From positions 1,860,001-1,924,000 of the forward strand of contig JAMWBK010000006.1 of NCBI GenBank assembly GCA_029953675.1: 64,000 nucleotides of DNA, read 5' to 3'. Position 1 is the stretch's first letter. Each line of letters opens with the position of its first letter. The notes under the pieces were generated by a model that worked only from the letters and a program-made list of their open reading frames with translations, ran no database searches and was not told the origin of the DNA. The position numbers and the translations under genes were made by a program. Positions 1 through 11,679 of the stretch are shown here, in pieces. The stretch is from Rhodosorus marinus CCMP1338. Lineage: Eukaryota; Plantae; Rhodophyta.

Positions 1-298
1 GAACATGACAAGTTAGCAACATCAGAACATTTCATTCGTGATTACACGTCAGAGAGACCTACATGTGATGAAGCAGATCATTTGACTTCATTCCTTCTAT
101 CAAGTCCAGCAGCTCTTCCCCGCTCAACTTCTGGCCAGTCCATCCTTGTCTATACCCCGTATGGTTGCTGAACTGGACGGAGTTTATGATATCTACTTCA
201 AACCCAAGCAATTGCAGAGGGAATACAGCAGACTTATTCCCAACATACCCTGACACGACGCTACTTTGAATCGATAAAACTCTCCCATTGACCCCCAT
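1..298 (-). CDS. PDXK: Pyridoxal kinase, 5' exon (gene runs off the window start)
   Basis: [49 protein letters not shown] matches the PdxK/PDXK N-terminal signature. A GTAGGT donor lies at 62, with a GCTAAC branch-like site in the intron. Confidence 0.93.
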
Positions 299-1757
299 AC
301 CCGGTCCCGGAACCAACAAAGGTCCGACGAACACCGGACCCCAAAAAAATCACAAAAACGCAAACCAAAGAATCCAAGCTCACCATGCAATGTCAGTCAC
401 GGAACTATTTCAGCTCGAGTTCTTCCCTTCACTTGCAATAATTAAATACCGGCTCCACCTCCCTTCCGTTTCTTCCCTGCATCTCAACCAGAAGGACCAG
501 AAGCAAAGCGCAAGCGTCTCCTTCGTCGTTTTCATCTCCTTCCCCAAGCAAGCCATACATTTTCTCTTGTGTTTTAAGATTTTAGACCATTCCTATACAT
601 GTTTCCTATTGAAAACAAAACTATTATACCCTTAAGCCAATAATATATTTTTAGGGGTTTACTTCTATCCAATACTTTCTATCTATAGAGTTGAAGAGTA
701 TTTTTAATCGAATTAGTGTCTTCAGAGTGAGGAGACGCAAAAAAATGTTGTAATGACGAGAAAGTATTTTTGGGTGCGCGGTTTGGGGTGAACGTACACT
801 TTAGCACTGCAACCAACTGGGAAACAAACATTTCTTCCTGCTTTTGTGGTGGGTTGGAATGACGATCTATTTGAGTAAGGAGAGCTCTACCTGGAATTGA
901 AAGGGTCAGTGAGGAGTGCAAGCCGGATGCAAAGGAGAGGTTTCCAAGTGGAATCGTGGATGCGTTTGCAGTTGCGCACTGCCGGGACGGGTTCAGAGCC
1001 TGTGCACAGTCGGAACATATTGAACTTTCCTACTAACTATGAGTGATTTCCCTGTACAACAATCGTCTTTTATTTAGTGGGTGAAGCGGTAATCTTAAAG
1101 CAAAAAACGGCCACAAACGGTAGCTCCCTGTCAAATGGGAATGCCGACCCCAGCAGTGGACTAAACGAACACATGTCGAGAGGGTATTCATTATTTCCGA
1201 CAAGCTGGACGACGATGAACTGGAAAATTGTCTGAATCAATTCCTGAGGGTTGTCGTTCAACCTGTCCGGCACGCCCTATTTCACTTCCATGCCCATCGT
1301 CAGTCATTCGCACCATCCTACATTTTACTAAATTGTTTTAGAAAATAATCCTCCATATCCATCTAGTTATTACCTTAATTGTATATATCATCCTCCGCCC
1401 TAATTGGACACATTCCTCGTGTAACTATTACTAAAATTTAAGAGCAGCTAAAACAAGCCAATTTTTTCCGCAACTGAGTATTCCGGTTGTTTTTACTTAG
1501 ATCTAGTATTTTCACTCTTCCTATTTCTATATTAAAAGTAAGTAATCCTTATGGGACCTTTTTAAGGCTTGAATTCTTATTTATGACATATCGCTCCCTA
1601 GACTACCTAAATAAAATATAGTTTCGTTGCTTCGATTGAAAAAGTACCTATTTTCATTAGGAGGTTGGCTTGCTGGCAATGGTGAGGTCCGGAGGAGCGC
1701 CAGACAACCTTTTAGGACCTTCAGCTAGTCGATGATTAAAAAAGCTTAGTAGCTGTC

Positions 1758-2522
1758 ATGCCTGAAGAACTCATCGAAAAGCCGTGTGAGGTAGGATCTG
1801 ACTCTCGATCACTAGTGGACGGAGGGGTTCCCTGGGTCCAGGAACGATGCGAAGGGACTGACGAAGCGCATGGCAAATTGAACGTTTTTGTGCCTTCCAG
1901 GATTTTTTCGAGACTGCTTTTCAGCGAAAAGAAGCGGGCAATCGTCTTATGAATGAGAAGAACCCACAGGCAGCTCTTCTCGAGTACATCACTGCGGTGT
2001 CAGCATTAGAAGATGGTCTTCAACGCGTTGGTGGATCAATTGCAGCTGAAGAGCTGCTGTTCATATGTTCTGTGAACCAATTACAGGCCCACTTAGATTT
2101 GAATCAACATGAAGAGGCGAGGTAGCCCAAGCTCCAACAAATTTCTACATTGATGACGGGCTCCTTATCAATTTCATTCCTGGTGGGCTGGCATGGGTTA
2201 GGTCGGTTGCAGAGAAAGCCGCCAAATTCGCAAAGAAATCCCGTGTTTTCGAAGACATACAGTCACAGCTTCCATCCACTCAGCTGCTGGTTTTCGCCAA
2301 GTTTCCCTTTCGCTACGCAAAAGCCCTTCGCTCATGCGGAGAGACTGAACTCGCGCTGGATCTGGTAAACTCCATTATTGAAGCAGGGTAAGCTTTTCGG
2401 CTGAGGGATCGTCCTACTTTAGGCTTGAAAATATGCTTAACTGATCAGAGGCCTGGGTGGCTAGGTATGAAAATGACGAAGTCCTATTATTCCGGGACGA
2501 ACTCGAAATCGAACCGAAATAG
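1758..2522 (+). CDS. Small TPR-like helical-repeat protein (4 exons)
   Basis: Hand splice with introns 1791-1900, 2122-2201 and 2388-2464 gives MPEELIEKPCE|DFFETAFQRKEAGNRLMNEKNPQAALLEY...NQLQAHLDLNQHEEAR|SVAEKA...FRYAKALRSCGETELALDLVNSIIEAG|YENDEVLLFRDELEIEPK*. KEAGN..AAL.EY and YAKAL resemble co-chaperone TPR motifs. Confidence 0.6.
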
Positions 2523-2549
2523 TGATTCCCCTATTCTCCGTCTGCTTCC

Positions 2550-3750
2550 CGGCTCACTTTTTTTAAGCGATCTTGGAAGGCTGTCAAGGAATGAGCAGTT
2601 GCACGCTAGCCACGACGTTAGGTGCATCAAGCCAGCAGCACTGGTGATCGTTGTGCCAATATCTCGAACGATTTGAGCCCGTATCCGAGGACAGCTTCTT
2701 GACACTTGATGAGCAAGCGCTCAAGCTGCAAATGGTCGCAATCGATTCTGCTCTCCCACGCACAGCTGCAGCCTCTCACCAGAACGATCGAATCGTCGGC
2801 CTGGGGTAAAACCGGGCAGATCTGAACCTATCCATGGCAAAGCACAGGTGGGAGAAGCATCCAACAAACTCGGCCTTGCTGAGCATACTACCACGAAGCG
2901 TTCACGAAGAGATAGTCCTAAGCGAGGACAAAACCTTGGTGAGCACAACGCCTTGGTGAGCACAACGATGCGAGCTTACAGAATCAAGCAACGCATCTAG
3001 AGACTTGTAGAATGAATATGCACAGAAGTGCGTTCAAGAATAAACGCATAACAGCGCGGGCCTGTGAGCGTTCAGTCTCCCAGAACGCAGATAATTCATA
3101 GTCTGCTCTGACTATACAATATCCAAAGCAGCGGAAAACCTTCTTCAAAATTCAGTCCTCCCTCGGGCTTCACGTCCATCCCGGCGCATCTTGCTTGATT
3201 GCCCTTCGAGCTATATAATCGAAACCATCGGGAGGATTATCTCCCGATATCTCGGTGGACAGTTCCCGCTCGTATAGACTAGGTATTTGCTCCTCTATTC
3301 TTGCAGGCTGCGGCACCTCACTACGTCCAAGATAGGCCTTCGCCTGATCCATCGGGCAATCCTTATCGTGATTTCTTAGCCATTTGCTCAACCCAACTCG
3401 GCGCCGCGACTCTTCAAGTTATTACCAGCCTTGAAACCAGACTCGCCACCTCAATCTGAAGTTGAGAAGAAGCTGAGAGGCATTCACCTGTTCTATGGAT
3501 CCAAGCTCAATCTATGGTTGCACATGTCGAGGCCCTTATCTAACAGCGAACTGGAGACTCGAAGCAGATCCTCCACCGGTGAATGTAAACGTGCCACTTG
3601 GTGCGAGATGCGTGTGCTCTTCTTTACATTTATGCTGCCTTGTACGATTTTGCCGTGCTGTGATTGTACAATACACCTTTTTCCGAAATACATCTCATAT
3701 CCTTCTCTTTCTGCTCCTCTCAAAGTCCTCCCGTGATCAGCAATGATATC
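2550..3750 (-). CDS. Probable multi-exon hypothetical protein (strand and exons unresolved)
   Basis: Several 70-100 codon open frames, donor/acceptor-like sites (e.g. GTAAGC near 2977) and coding-like GC content. No recognisable motif. Confidence 0.25.
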
Positions 3751-3866
3751 TGAAGAGAGGTCCTCGGGAGGTCATGGACATGGAAGCGGGTAGGACTTCG
3801 TAGGAAGCATTGCTGGGTGGAGAGATTTCGTTTTCTACAAGGGTTTTGACCTTGAGTGGAACCAGT

Positions 3867-5003
3867 ATGTCTAGCTTAGGATTCTTATCAGGTGCGATAC
3901 ATCATCAACCTCGGAATGGAATACGCCGAGTCTGCCACGTCGTAGCTGCTGTCCCGTCAATGGCCGAGTACGTCGAGGATCAGGTGTTGAGGAAGTTCGA
4001 CGCAGGTGACGTTGAGAGGGTAATAAAGTCCTGGCATTCTGCCAGAGATGGAGAGGTTTTGGAGAGTTTTCATGAAGATGGAAGCGTCCTTCAGCAAGCT
4101 GGATCGTTCATAGCCGGACTGGACGCCCGAAACTGGCACGAGGTGGATGAATACCAGTGGGCGCAGGGTTTGGAACAGGACTTTGAAGTGATAAGAGATG
4201 AGCTTGATAAATGCATGAAGCAGAGGTCATTGGAGAAACGTGGCAACAACATCTGGGCAACGGTAAGTTTTCTTGGAGCGGTTCCGGATATTTCATGCTG
4301 AAATGCTGACTGTGGCTGAGAGGTGAACTTGGTGATAGGCTGTGAAGGAAGAGGCAATGGCCTATGGACCAGATTGGCGAACGCTCGTACTTCAAGATAG
4401 GGGCATATGGGAACCGAAAAACTCGAAAATCTTCAAGGACACTGTGAAGATCCTTAAGAAGCATAAAGTACCTAGCTCCGAGGTCTTCTTCGCTCGGCAG
4501 TCTCCGAAAACGGGGATCAAACCCCACACTGATAACACTAACTTTATCTTGACAGCCCACCTCTCCCTCAGAGTACCAAAGGACAAGTAAGAGATGACCA
4601 ACAGCCAAAAAAGCGTCTAGTTTCCGGGAAGAAAGTCTTCCTTTCGTTGACGCCCCGGATCGTCACACTATGTACAGGAGCTGGATCAAGGTCGGAAACC
4701 AGCAAAGGTTTTGGGAAGACGGAAAGATGCTCATTTTCGATACGAGCTTCATGCATGAAACATGGAACGACGGAGATACAGACAGACATGTCCTGCTCAT
4801 TCGCTTTTGGCACCCAGAACTTTCTAGAAAAGAGGTAAGCTAAAAGAGCGCGTAGTAAGGGGGAGGAGCGGTGTCGGCTCGAGAACAACAATACAACTGA
4901 ACTGAGTCTGTGTGCTTCGCTTTTCATCAATCCTGAAAAGATTAAGGCCCTTGAAACAGTCTTCCGTGCGATTGAAGAATACGAAATGAAGGTCGCGTAC
5001 TAG
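3867..5003 (+). CDS. Aspartyl/asparaginyl beta-hydroxylase (AspH/LpxO-like) 2OG-Fe(II) dioxygenase with putative plastid transit peptide
   Basis: Introns 4263-4338 and 4587-4677, plus one near 4835. Motifs KPHTDNTN (HxD), FDTSFMHETWN (distal His) and DRHVLLIRFWHPEL (2OG-binding Arg, WHP). N-terminus MSSLGFLSG is Ser/Arg-rich. Confidence 0.88.
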
Positions 5004-6246
5004 TAAAAAGAGGAGAGCAATTATATCATTTCAGGATTGAAACGCGAAAAGGCACCTAGGAGGATCTCCGAGGACAATTCATCAACTTAATAAACCATCT
5101 CCGATTCTCCGGGATAATCGGCGCGTAGCAGCCTTGACGGACAGTTCTTCTACTCCCTATTGCGGCAACCATTCTGATCTTCGTTCCCAAGAAACCCAAT
5201 CAGCGTCGAGAAGCCAGTCATTATCCCCCTGTGGGAAAGGACTACCTTTCACTCGTGGGCCTAGACCAGGTTCCGTTCGTCGGCACACCTCGTCATGTAA
5301 ATCCGACAGAGTCCTCTAAAATGCGCGTTCGTGCTTGTTAAATCTGTCTTTGTCTAAGATCGTCATCTCTGTCCTTGTCCCGGACTTCTGACTGATCCGC
5401 CATTCTGATTTCCGTGCTCACGCCATTTGGCAATCGTGATAACGCCCAGCAGTTTCTCCCGCATTTGCTGAGTGAGTAAAACTCGCTCGAGCACTCGTGA
5501 CATCGAAGCCGTTTGCCGTATCCGTCAGGCCTGACCTTCCTAAGTCCTTCCACAAAACCCTTTTCCGAGTCGTCAGAAAAAAAAGAGAAAAAAACACTGA
5601 CAGAACCACCAAACAAAAGTCCCAACAACCACCGCCAGATACAGGGAGATGTTGGTGACGTTTAGTGCAGGTTCTAAAGCAGTTCATGGGCTGGATCATT
5701 CACTTCAGGACCGCCAGGAGCGCGAAGCTAACACGAAGTAGGATAAACAAAACACGACCGGAAATCCAAACCCTTCAGACCATCCTGAAGCTCATTTTAT
5801 GCCCATTTCTACTCAAATCAATCAATTAAGTTCGTTCAATCAAGCACTATTTAAGATTCAAAAACGCTGAAGTGTCCCATTTCGTTATTAGATTACTTTA
5901 AATAAAAATGATGTCCCATGTGATTATGGGACAATTGTTGGTTGGGGGGGGGGAAACGAGGGAATGAATTTCGATCATTGGATTGATATCTTATTGTTAA
6001 GCTTGATGGATTGGTTTGTTGTGTTGGGGATGAGGTACCTCTGATAGTAAAGCAGCTGGATGAAGAGATATGAATGAATCTATTGCGTTTTATTAGAATG
6101 GAAGTTTTAATTTTTTGGTTCACTGGTTAAGCGGTCTCGGACGACGACTGATTTTCTTCTTGGTTGAAATCTGGTCTGGCATTGTTTGTGCTTTCATAAG
6201 TATCACTTGTGGGGTTCTTGTTTGGATTCGTGACTTGAAGCGGAGA

Positions 6247-8217
6247 ATGGGGACTTGGAACGTGATCATTCTTGTCTTAGGAATTGTGTTGACGAGATGT
6301 GAAGCTCTGTCTGAGAAGGTTGTAGAAATTGGACCTGAGAGTTTTGATAGCATCTCGAACGAGCTGTGCTGTTCACGGATGCTGATACAGTACGACCAGA
6401 TGGCAACGGTGAGCGTCTTATTTTCATTCATCTACTATTTTCGTCTGTTCCTCGCTGCGAATTTACCCTATCGGAGTTAAACTTACGTGATTGTACAATG
6501 GTTGTTGCAGATTTCGAGCGTGAAGATTGTGGCTAGTTCTGAGGACGAAGTCAACAAGGTCGACCCCACCATTTCCAATGGAAGTTTAAGATTGTTGCAG
6601 TTAGGTCAGCCATCAGAATCAGCGTTTGTTCAAGTATCGCTCGTGGTGGGCACCCCCATCAAAGAGATTTCGATCGGTTCCAGAAGTGAGGCGTTCGTCG
6701 TTGGTCGTTTGGGCTCCCCGATCGGCTCTATCGTGGCAATGGGAGACTCGCTTGTACGTTCTGACAGCATATGGACAAGCGTTGGTTTTGGACCACTGTC
6801 GCGCTACTCACATTGAGAACCTCAATCATCAGGTGCATCTAGGAGGAACCGTCTTTCCTTTGGACTTTGGTTTTCGAGTCGACGCAGGTGACAATGCCGC
6901 TGTGTGCGTAGACAATATTAGATGCCGCGACGATCAGTGTTCTGGTATGACCAACATGCTGACCAAGGACAACGGGGTTGTTGTTGTCCGAGGCGGCAGT
7001 TACCCGGGGCTAGCTACAAATATTGTGGGTCCAGGGTTTATCAGCACTTGTCCGCTTACAGTTATCAGAGGACAAGCCATTGTCACTGGTAAGAAGGATC
7101 GTCTTCAGTATACATTGCTACGCAATATGGTGGGGTACAAGACGCCAAACCTCAAAATTGTTCAACGTAAAACTCCCGCCTAGGCTCGGACGATAACGAG
7201 AACGGTGGAAGCATAGAAATGTGTGTCTCGCAAGTTTTAGAATCGGACATTACCGACGGTGGGAGCGTGACATACGATACTGCTTGTGCAGGGGACGATT
7301 TTGAATCGTTTGCTCGAGGAGCGGAAAACACTCCAGTTGAGGGCTGCAGTCAACCGTCGACGGCAGCATGCAGTGTCATTCTCACACCCGATAGTGGCCA
7401 AATCATTGAAGAATGTCCCTCTGACACGGATTGCAGAATCGTCTGCTTTGCGAAGGCTTCGACCATAAACACACTCCAGGTTGGATCTTCCAGAAGCTTA
7501 AATCTATTCACCCGCTAGGCGTGTTTTTTTGATTACTGAATCCGAATTGTGCAATTGTAATCACAATTCAGGGCTCTGACATCATTCCCAAGCGACTCTT
7601 TGAGGTTAGAGTAGGCGATCTCGTTCAATCCTACGACCTCGACGGTAGACAGTCCTTCTCCGAAGTTTTCTTGGTTCAACACGAAGGATCCAACGGCAAA
7701 GCCGTCCCGATGAATAAACTGCATTACGAGACTATGGGAGATCAAGAAGAAAAGCTCCAGGCTCTCACCGTGAGCGCATTGCACTATATTCTCAGCTCCA
7801 TTGTGCCCAAGATGGAGTACACGAAGGTGTCTGACCTAAACGTTGGGTCGCGCATCTTCATTCTGGATTGCACGGTATGCTTTTCACGCTCAGTTGCCTA
7901 ACCCGTTCAAGTAGAAGATTGTTTTCCTGACACTTCCTTGTGTACTTGCTGGTTAGGGCAAATATCAGAGTGCCACAATTAGAAAATTTGAGTACGTGCA
8001 CTCCCCAGCGGTCAACATCCATACCTTGAACGATCGCATTGTGGTCGATGGTGTGCTTGCTTCGAGCATCGCGTCTTTAAAGCTGTTTGGTGTTGTCGAT
8101 ACAATGCAGCTGCGATTGATGTTGCTGCCTCTCAAGGTCCTGTATCTTCTCGGAGCTTCTCGGTTGGTGCAAGTTTTGGATTCACTAGGTCACCGCGCTG
8201 TAAAGCAGTTTCTGTAA
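6247..8217 (+). CDS. Secreted Cys-rich protein with C-terminal Hedgehog-type Hint (Hog) domain, about 506 aa
   Basis: Six exons: 6247-6408, 6511-6753, 6833-7088, 7184-7479, 7572-7874, 7957-8217. Signal peptide MGTWNVIILVLGIVLTRCEA. Hint motifs CFAKASTI, VRVGDLVQS, FSEVFLVQH, LTVSALHYI, VSDLNVGSRI and TLNDRIVVDGVLASS, then a hydrophobic tail LMLLPLKVLYLL. Confidence 0.85.
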
Positions 8218-8692
8218 TAATGTGTGGCGACTTAATTTTTTTTGGTTGCGGGTTGGCCGGTTAGTATGTGACAATTGGAAGAGTCGTTGCGGAGCAGGGA
8301 CCCTCTCGGAATCTCTACCTACCACAGAAGATCGCATTTGGCCCAATCGATTGTGTTCAGTAGGAAACGGGATTTACAAAATTGTAACCCAAAAATAAAC
8401 GATGACTAGTAAAATGTATCATTGGACTTAGTCTTGAAAGGTGGCCTACGATCACAGTCGTAGCAGTGAACCGTTTCTTACGGATTTAGCACGACGTTGT
8501 GGAATCTAAAGGCACTGCGAAAGCATCAAACAGTACCATATTCCGGTTGCAAGACGCACTGCCGGTCCCGCGTAAAGTCTTCCTCGGGGCCAATTGCTCC
8601 GGTCCCCGTGTGCTGACTGTTGCTCTAAGCCGAGTTGCTAACTGGTCTCGAAGCGCTTAGAATATTGCTGCTGCCTTTTCGTGCGAGCGCGT

Positions 8693-9643
8693 CTAATCCT
8701 CTGTCTTGGCTTTCTTCGCCGATTCGTCCCCAGTGTCCAACGGCGCCCTTTTGACGCGTTTGCTCTGCCGTTTTCACAAACGACGGAGAACGACTTCTTC
8801 AACAAACAGAGCGAATTCCCTAGCTTTCTCAACTTGGGTGAATGAAGCTTACCTGAAGAAGACCTTCTTCTTGAAGCGATTCTTTGGCTGACTTCTCACC
8901 CAATCCAAACTTCAGTGCTCGCATTCTTCGTTTCTCGAGTTCCTCCTCTGAAACAACCGGTGCTGCAGCGGGTTTCTTCTCAATTATTTGAGGTTGTGGC
9001 TTTTCGGGGTGGGACTGATCAAATCATAACGAGCAATTCGTTTTCTCTAAGATAACCCCGCAATCCTGATTAGGTATGAATCTTTGAGAGCGAAAATGGA
9101 CCCTACCGGCTTTGCCGAGGCTTTGATCGGCTCGTACGGAACGCCAAATCTTTCGGCTCGCCTTCTTCTCGCGGCTTCAAAATCGCTTTCCTGAGTTGTC
9201 GCTTCGGCGTTGGATCCTGCATCGGCAGCGTCTGGTTGTTTCTCTTCGTCCGTCTTCCCCATATCCGTTTCTAACTCCTTAGTTTCCGTCTGCTGCTTAG
9301 CCCTTTGGGTAGAAATTCAAGACGCTTCAGCTATCAAAATATCACGATTGGAAGACCCAAGCTATCTCGAAACCCGACTTTGGACCCCAAAAACCCATCC
9401 CACATATCCAAACGCAATAAGGACCACGAGGGGAACTTACTCTTCTTCAGACTTCACATCAGCCTCAGCATCCTGTCCATCTGAAGTTTGAGGAGCTACT
9501 TCCTCCGACGGATCTGGCTGACCTTCTGCAGCGATCGCCTCCTTCAATCTTTTCAACAGGACAGCCTTGAGACCAGCCGTATCCAATCCTCGCGCCTCGA
9601 GCTCTTTTCTAAGCTCGTCTACTTTCATCTTGTCGAGTTCCAT
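8693..9643 (-). CDS. SARNP: SAP-domain mRNA export factor SARNP/CIP29/THO1/MOS11 homolog
   Basis: SAP domain MKVDELRKELEARGLDTAGLKAVLLKRLKEAI, plus Tho1/MOS11-type motifs RRRRAERFG and KRRMRALKFG in downstream exons. Stop at 8693-8695. Confidence 0.85.
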
Positions 9644-11679
9644 GTTATTTTTGGTCAGACAAGACTATCCTAAACAGCCGCCCCCTTCTTACCAGATCCG
9701 AAGTTAGCAGGCACTGCCTACACCCACGAACAGACCCCCGCCTTCAAAACCACTCAGCAAGTAGACCAGAACCCTCTTGATCAGGTGAAGCTGTTGCGTA
9801 TTCCGTTTTCGGTGGATACGTTTAGTGGACGTCCTTCGCAAAGGAATGGAGGAGTATCGTTTCGGTGCAGCATTCTCTCTCAGATGTGTAGAGCAAAACT
9901 TTCTCTTGAAAACGAATTCCAGACGCGCAACATGTCTTGGAGCGATCTGAGTACCTTTGCCGACAGGACGTTGTGACAAGACTCGGGAAGCGGACGGATC
10001 CGATTTTCCCGCGGAACAACTAAGACTGGGACAAAAGGCCAGAATTGTAGCCGCGATCGATGCCGATCTTCTACCTGTTGGTTTTCTTCCCGGTGAGGAT
10101 TACTGCATTGAGATATAAATCTGCCCTAGATCTTCAATTTACCTAGTCAAACTAAGATATTAGGGGTCAGCAGACCAATTCCTGCTGAAGCAACAGTTTC
10201 AGACAGGGTTAGTGCGGAAAACAGAAAGCGATCGATAGTCTGTAATTGCAGTCTCAGGGAATCAACATAGCCGTGGCCAAAATGCTAGAAAGATTTTTGC
10301 CGAAGAACCTTTCTCACCCGATAGAGGCCAACAGCGACACCTTCACACCCAGTTTCAAAATATTCCATTTTCAGAAGAAAAATCGGAATTCATTCATAAT
10401 CTACATCAACAAAGAAAGCTTCCTTCTAGTACACCACAAATAGCCAACAATGATCCTATTTAACGACGAAATTATGGTCATACACATATTTATTCCTCAG
10501 ATATCTTTTTTTAGACTGAATAAATCCTACACTCTCTCAAACGACTCAAAATTGAGGGTATTTGTGTCGAGTGGTCTTGATCTAGGGGTATTGTCAGAGA
10601 TCCGTTGCTTAATTTAGAATATATTTGTTTTTTGCCCTTTTTTTGTTCTTGCCCATCTGGAGGGATCAGTTAAGTGGCGAATGTTGGCTTTGTCCTGCGA
10701 AAGAGGGCATTTTGGATCTGAGAGCGGTTTGGAATGGTTGGGAGGGTGGTGGACAACTAAATGTGCCTGTCTGACGGCAGGGGAAGATTTGTGTATTGTT
10801 TGTTTTCTGGTCAAGCTTTCAGTTGCTCTTTGAGTTCATGGGAATTTGTGTGGATGCTTTGGAGGACGTCATGAAGCTATAGGCGAGAGGAGTATCTGTC
10901 CAGCATGTCTAAAAGCTGGGAGCCGAGAACGTGTGGTGATGAGGGCTAGGATGTGAGAGGGTCGTAATCTGATAGGTTGGACTTTCAGCCTATTTTTTGA
11001 AGCTCGAGTCGCTCTGTTGGTGCTAATGCGTCTGACCGCACGTTCCGGGTGACCAAGCAGCGGCTTTAGCTCGTTCCGTCTTTGTGTTTAACTGATTCGT
11101 GAGGTAATTCGTTTTAGTCTGTTGCCACCGATTCATCTTTCGACTGGTCTAAGGGAAATCATCCCACGCGGTCTTTTGTTTTGGGACGCTTTTGAGAGGC
11201 CCTAGATTTATCCTCGAACTTGCGGGTAGAGGCGAACATTTATTGAGCCTAAGAATGCTCTGTCTCTCCCCGTAGATCTACGAAGAAAATCGCAACGGTG
11301 TCATCTCAACGCCATGGTTCTGGAGAAAAGGCTTGGATTGAGTTGACGTTTGGATTCCCTCTAATCGAGTTTTAGGGGTAAGTTGCTATTATCGCTAGTT
11401 CCTCATTTTGTCCCTCCATCATTCCGAAAACAGAAAGCCGGGTTCGCCCATCAAAGCTCTCCCACAATGGAGGGCACCAGCTAACCAGTAACCTGAGGAT
11501 ATACATATAGATATCCGCAGAGCACACCTTGTCCGTCTGGAAGCTTCTTTGTCCCTCCCTCTGTCGACTCTTAAGCAATGGCTGCCTAGCAGTGTTGGCA
11601 CGTCGCCTAAAAATTCACGTTTCCGAACCTAAGAACAGTGAAGAGTTGGCAAATCAGTAGAAAAGCTGCTCTCCTAAAC

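Noticed and set aside
3340-3420. EESRRRVGLSKWL resembling the Nup96 RRRAFSRWL motif
   Set aside because: Downstream sequence does not follow the Nup96 pattern and the locus is too short.
7444-8217. Hint domain as a true self-splicing intein
   Set aside because: There is no His-Asn/Gln followed by a Cys/Ser/Thr C-extein. It ends like a Hog domain (IVVDGVLASS plus hydrophobic tail) and is interrupted by spliceosomal introns.
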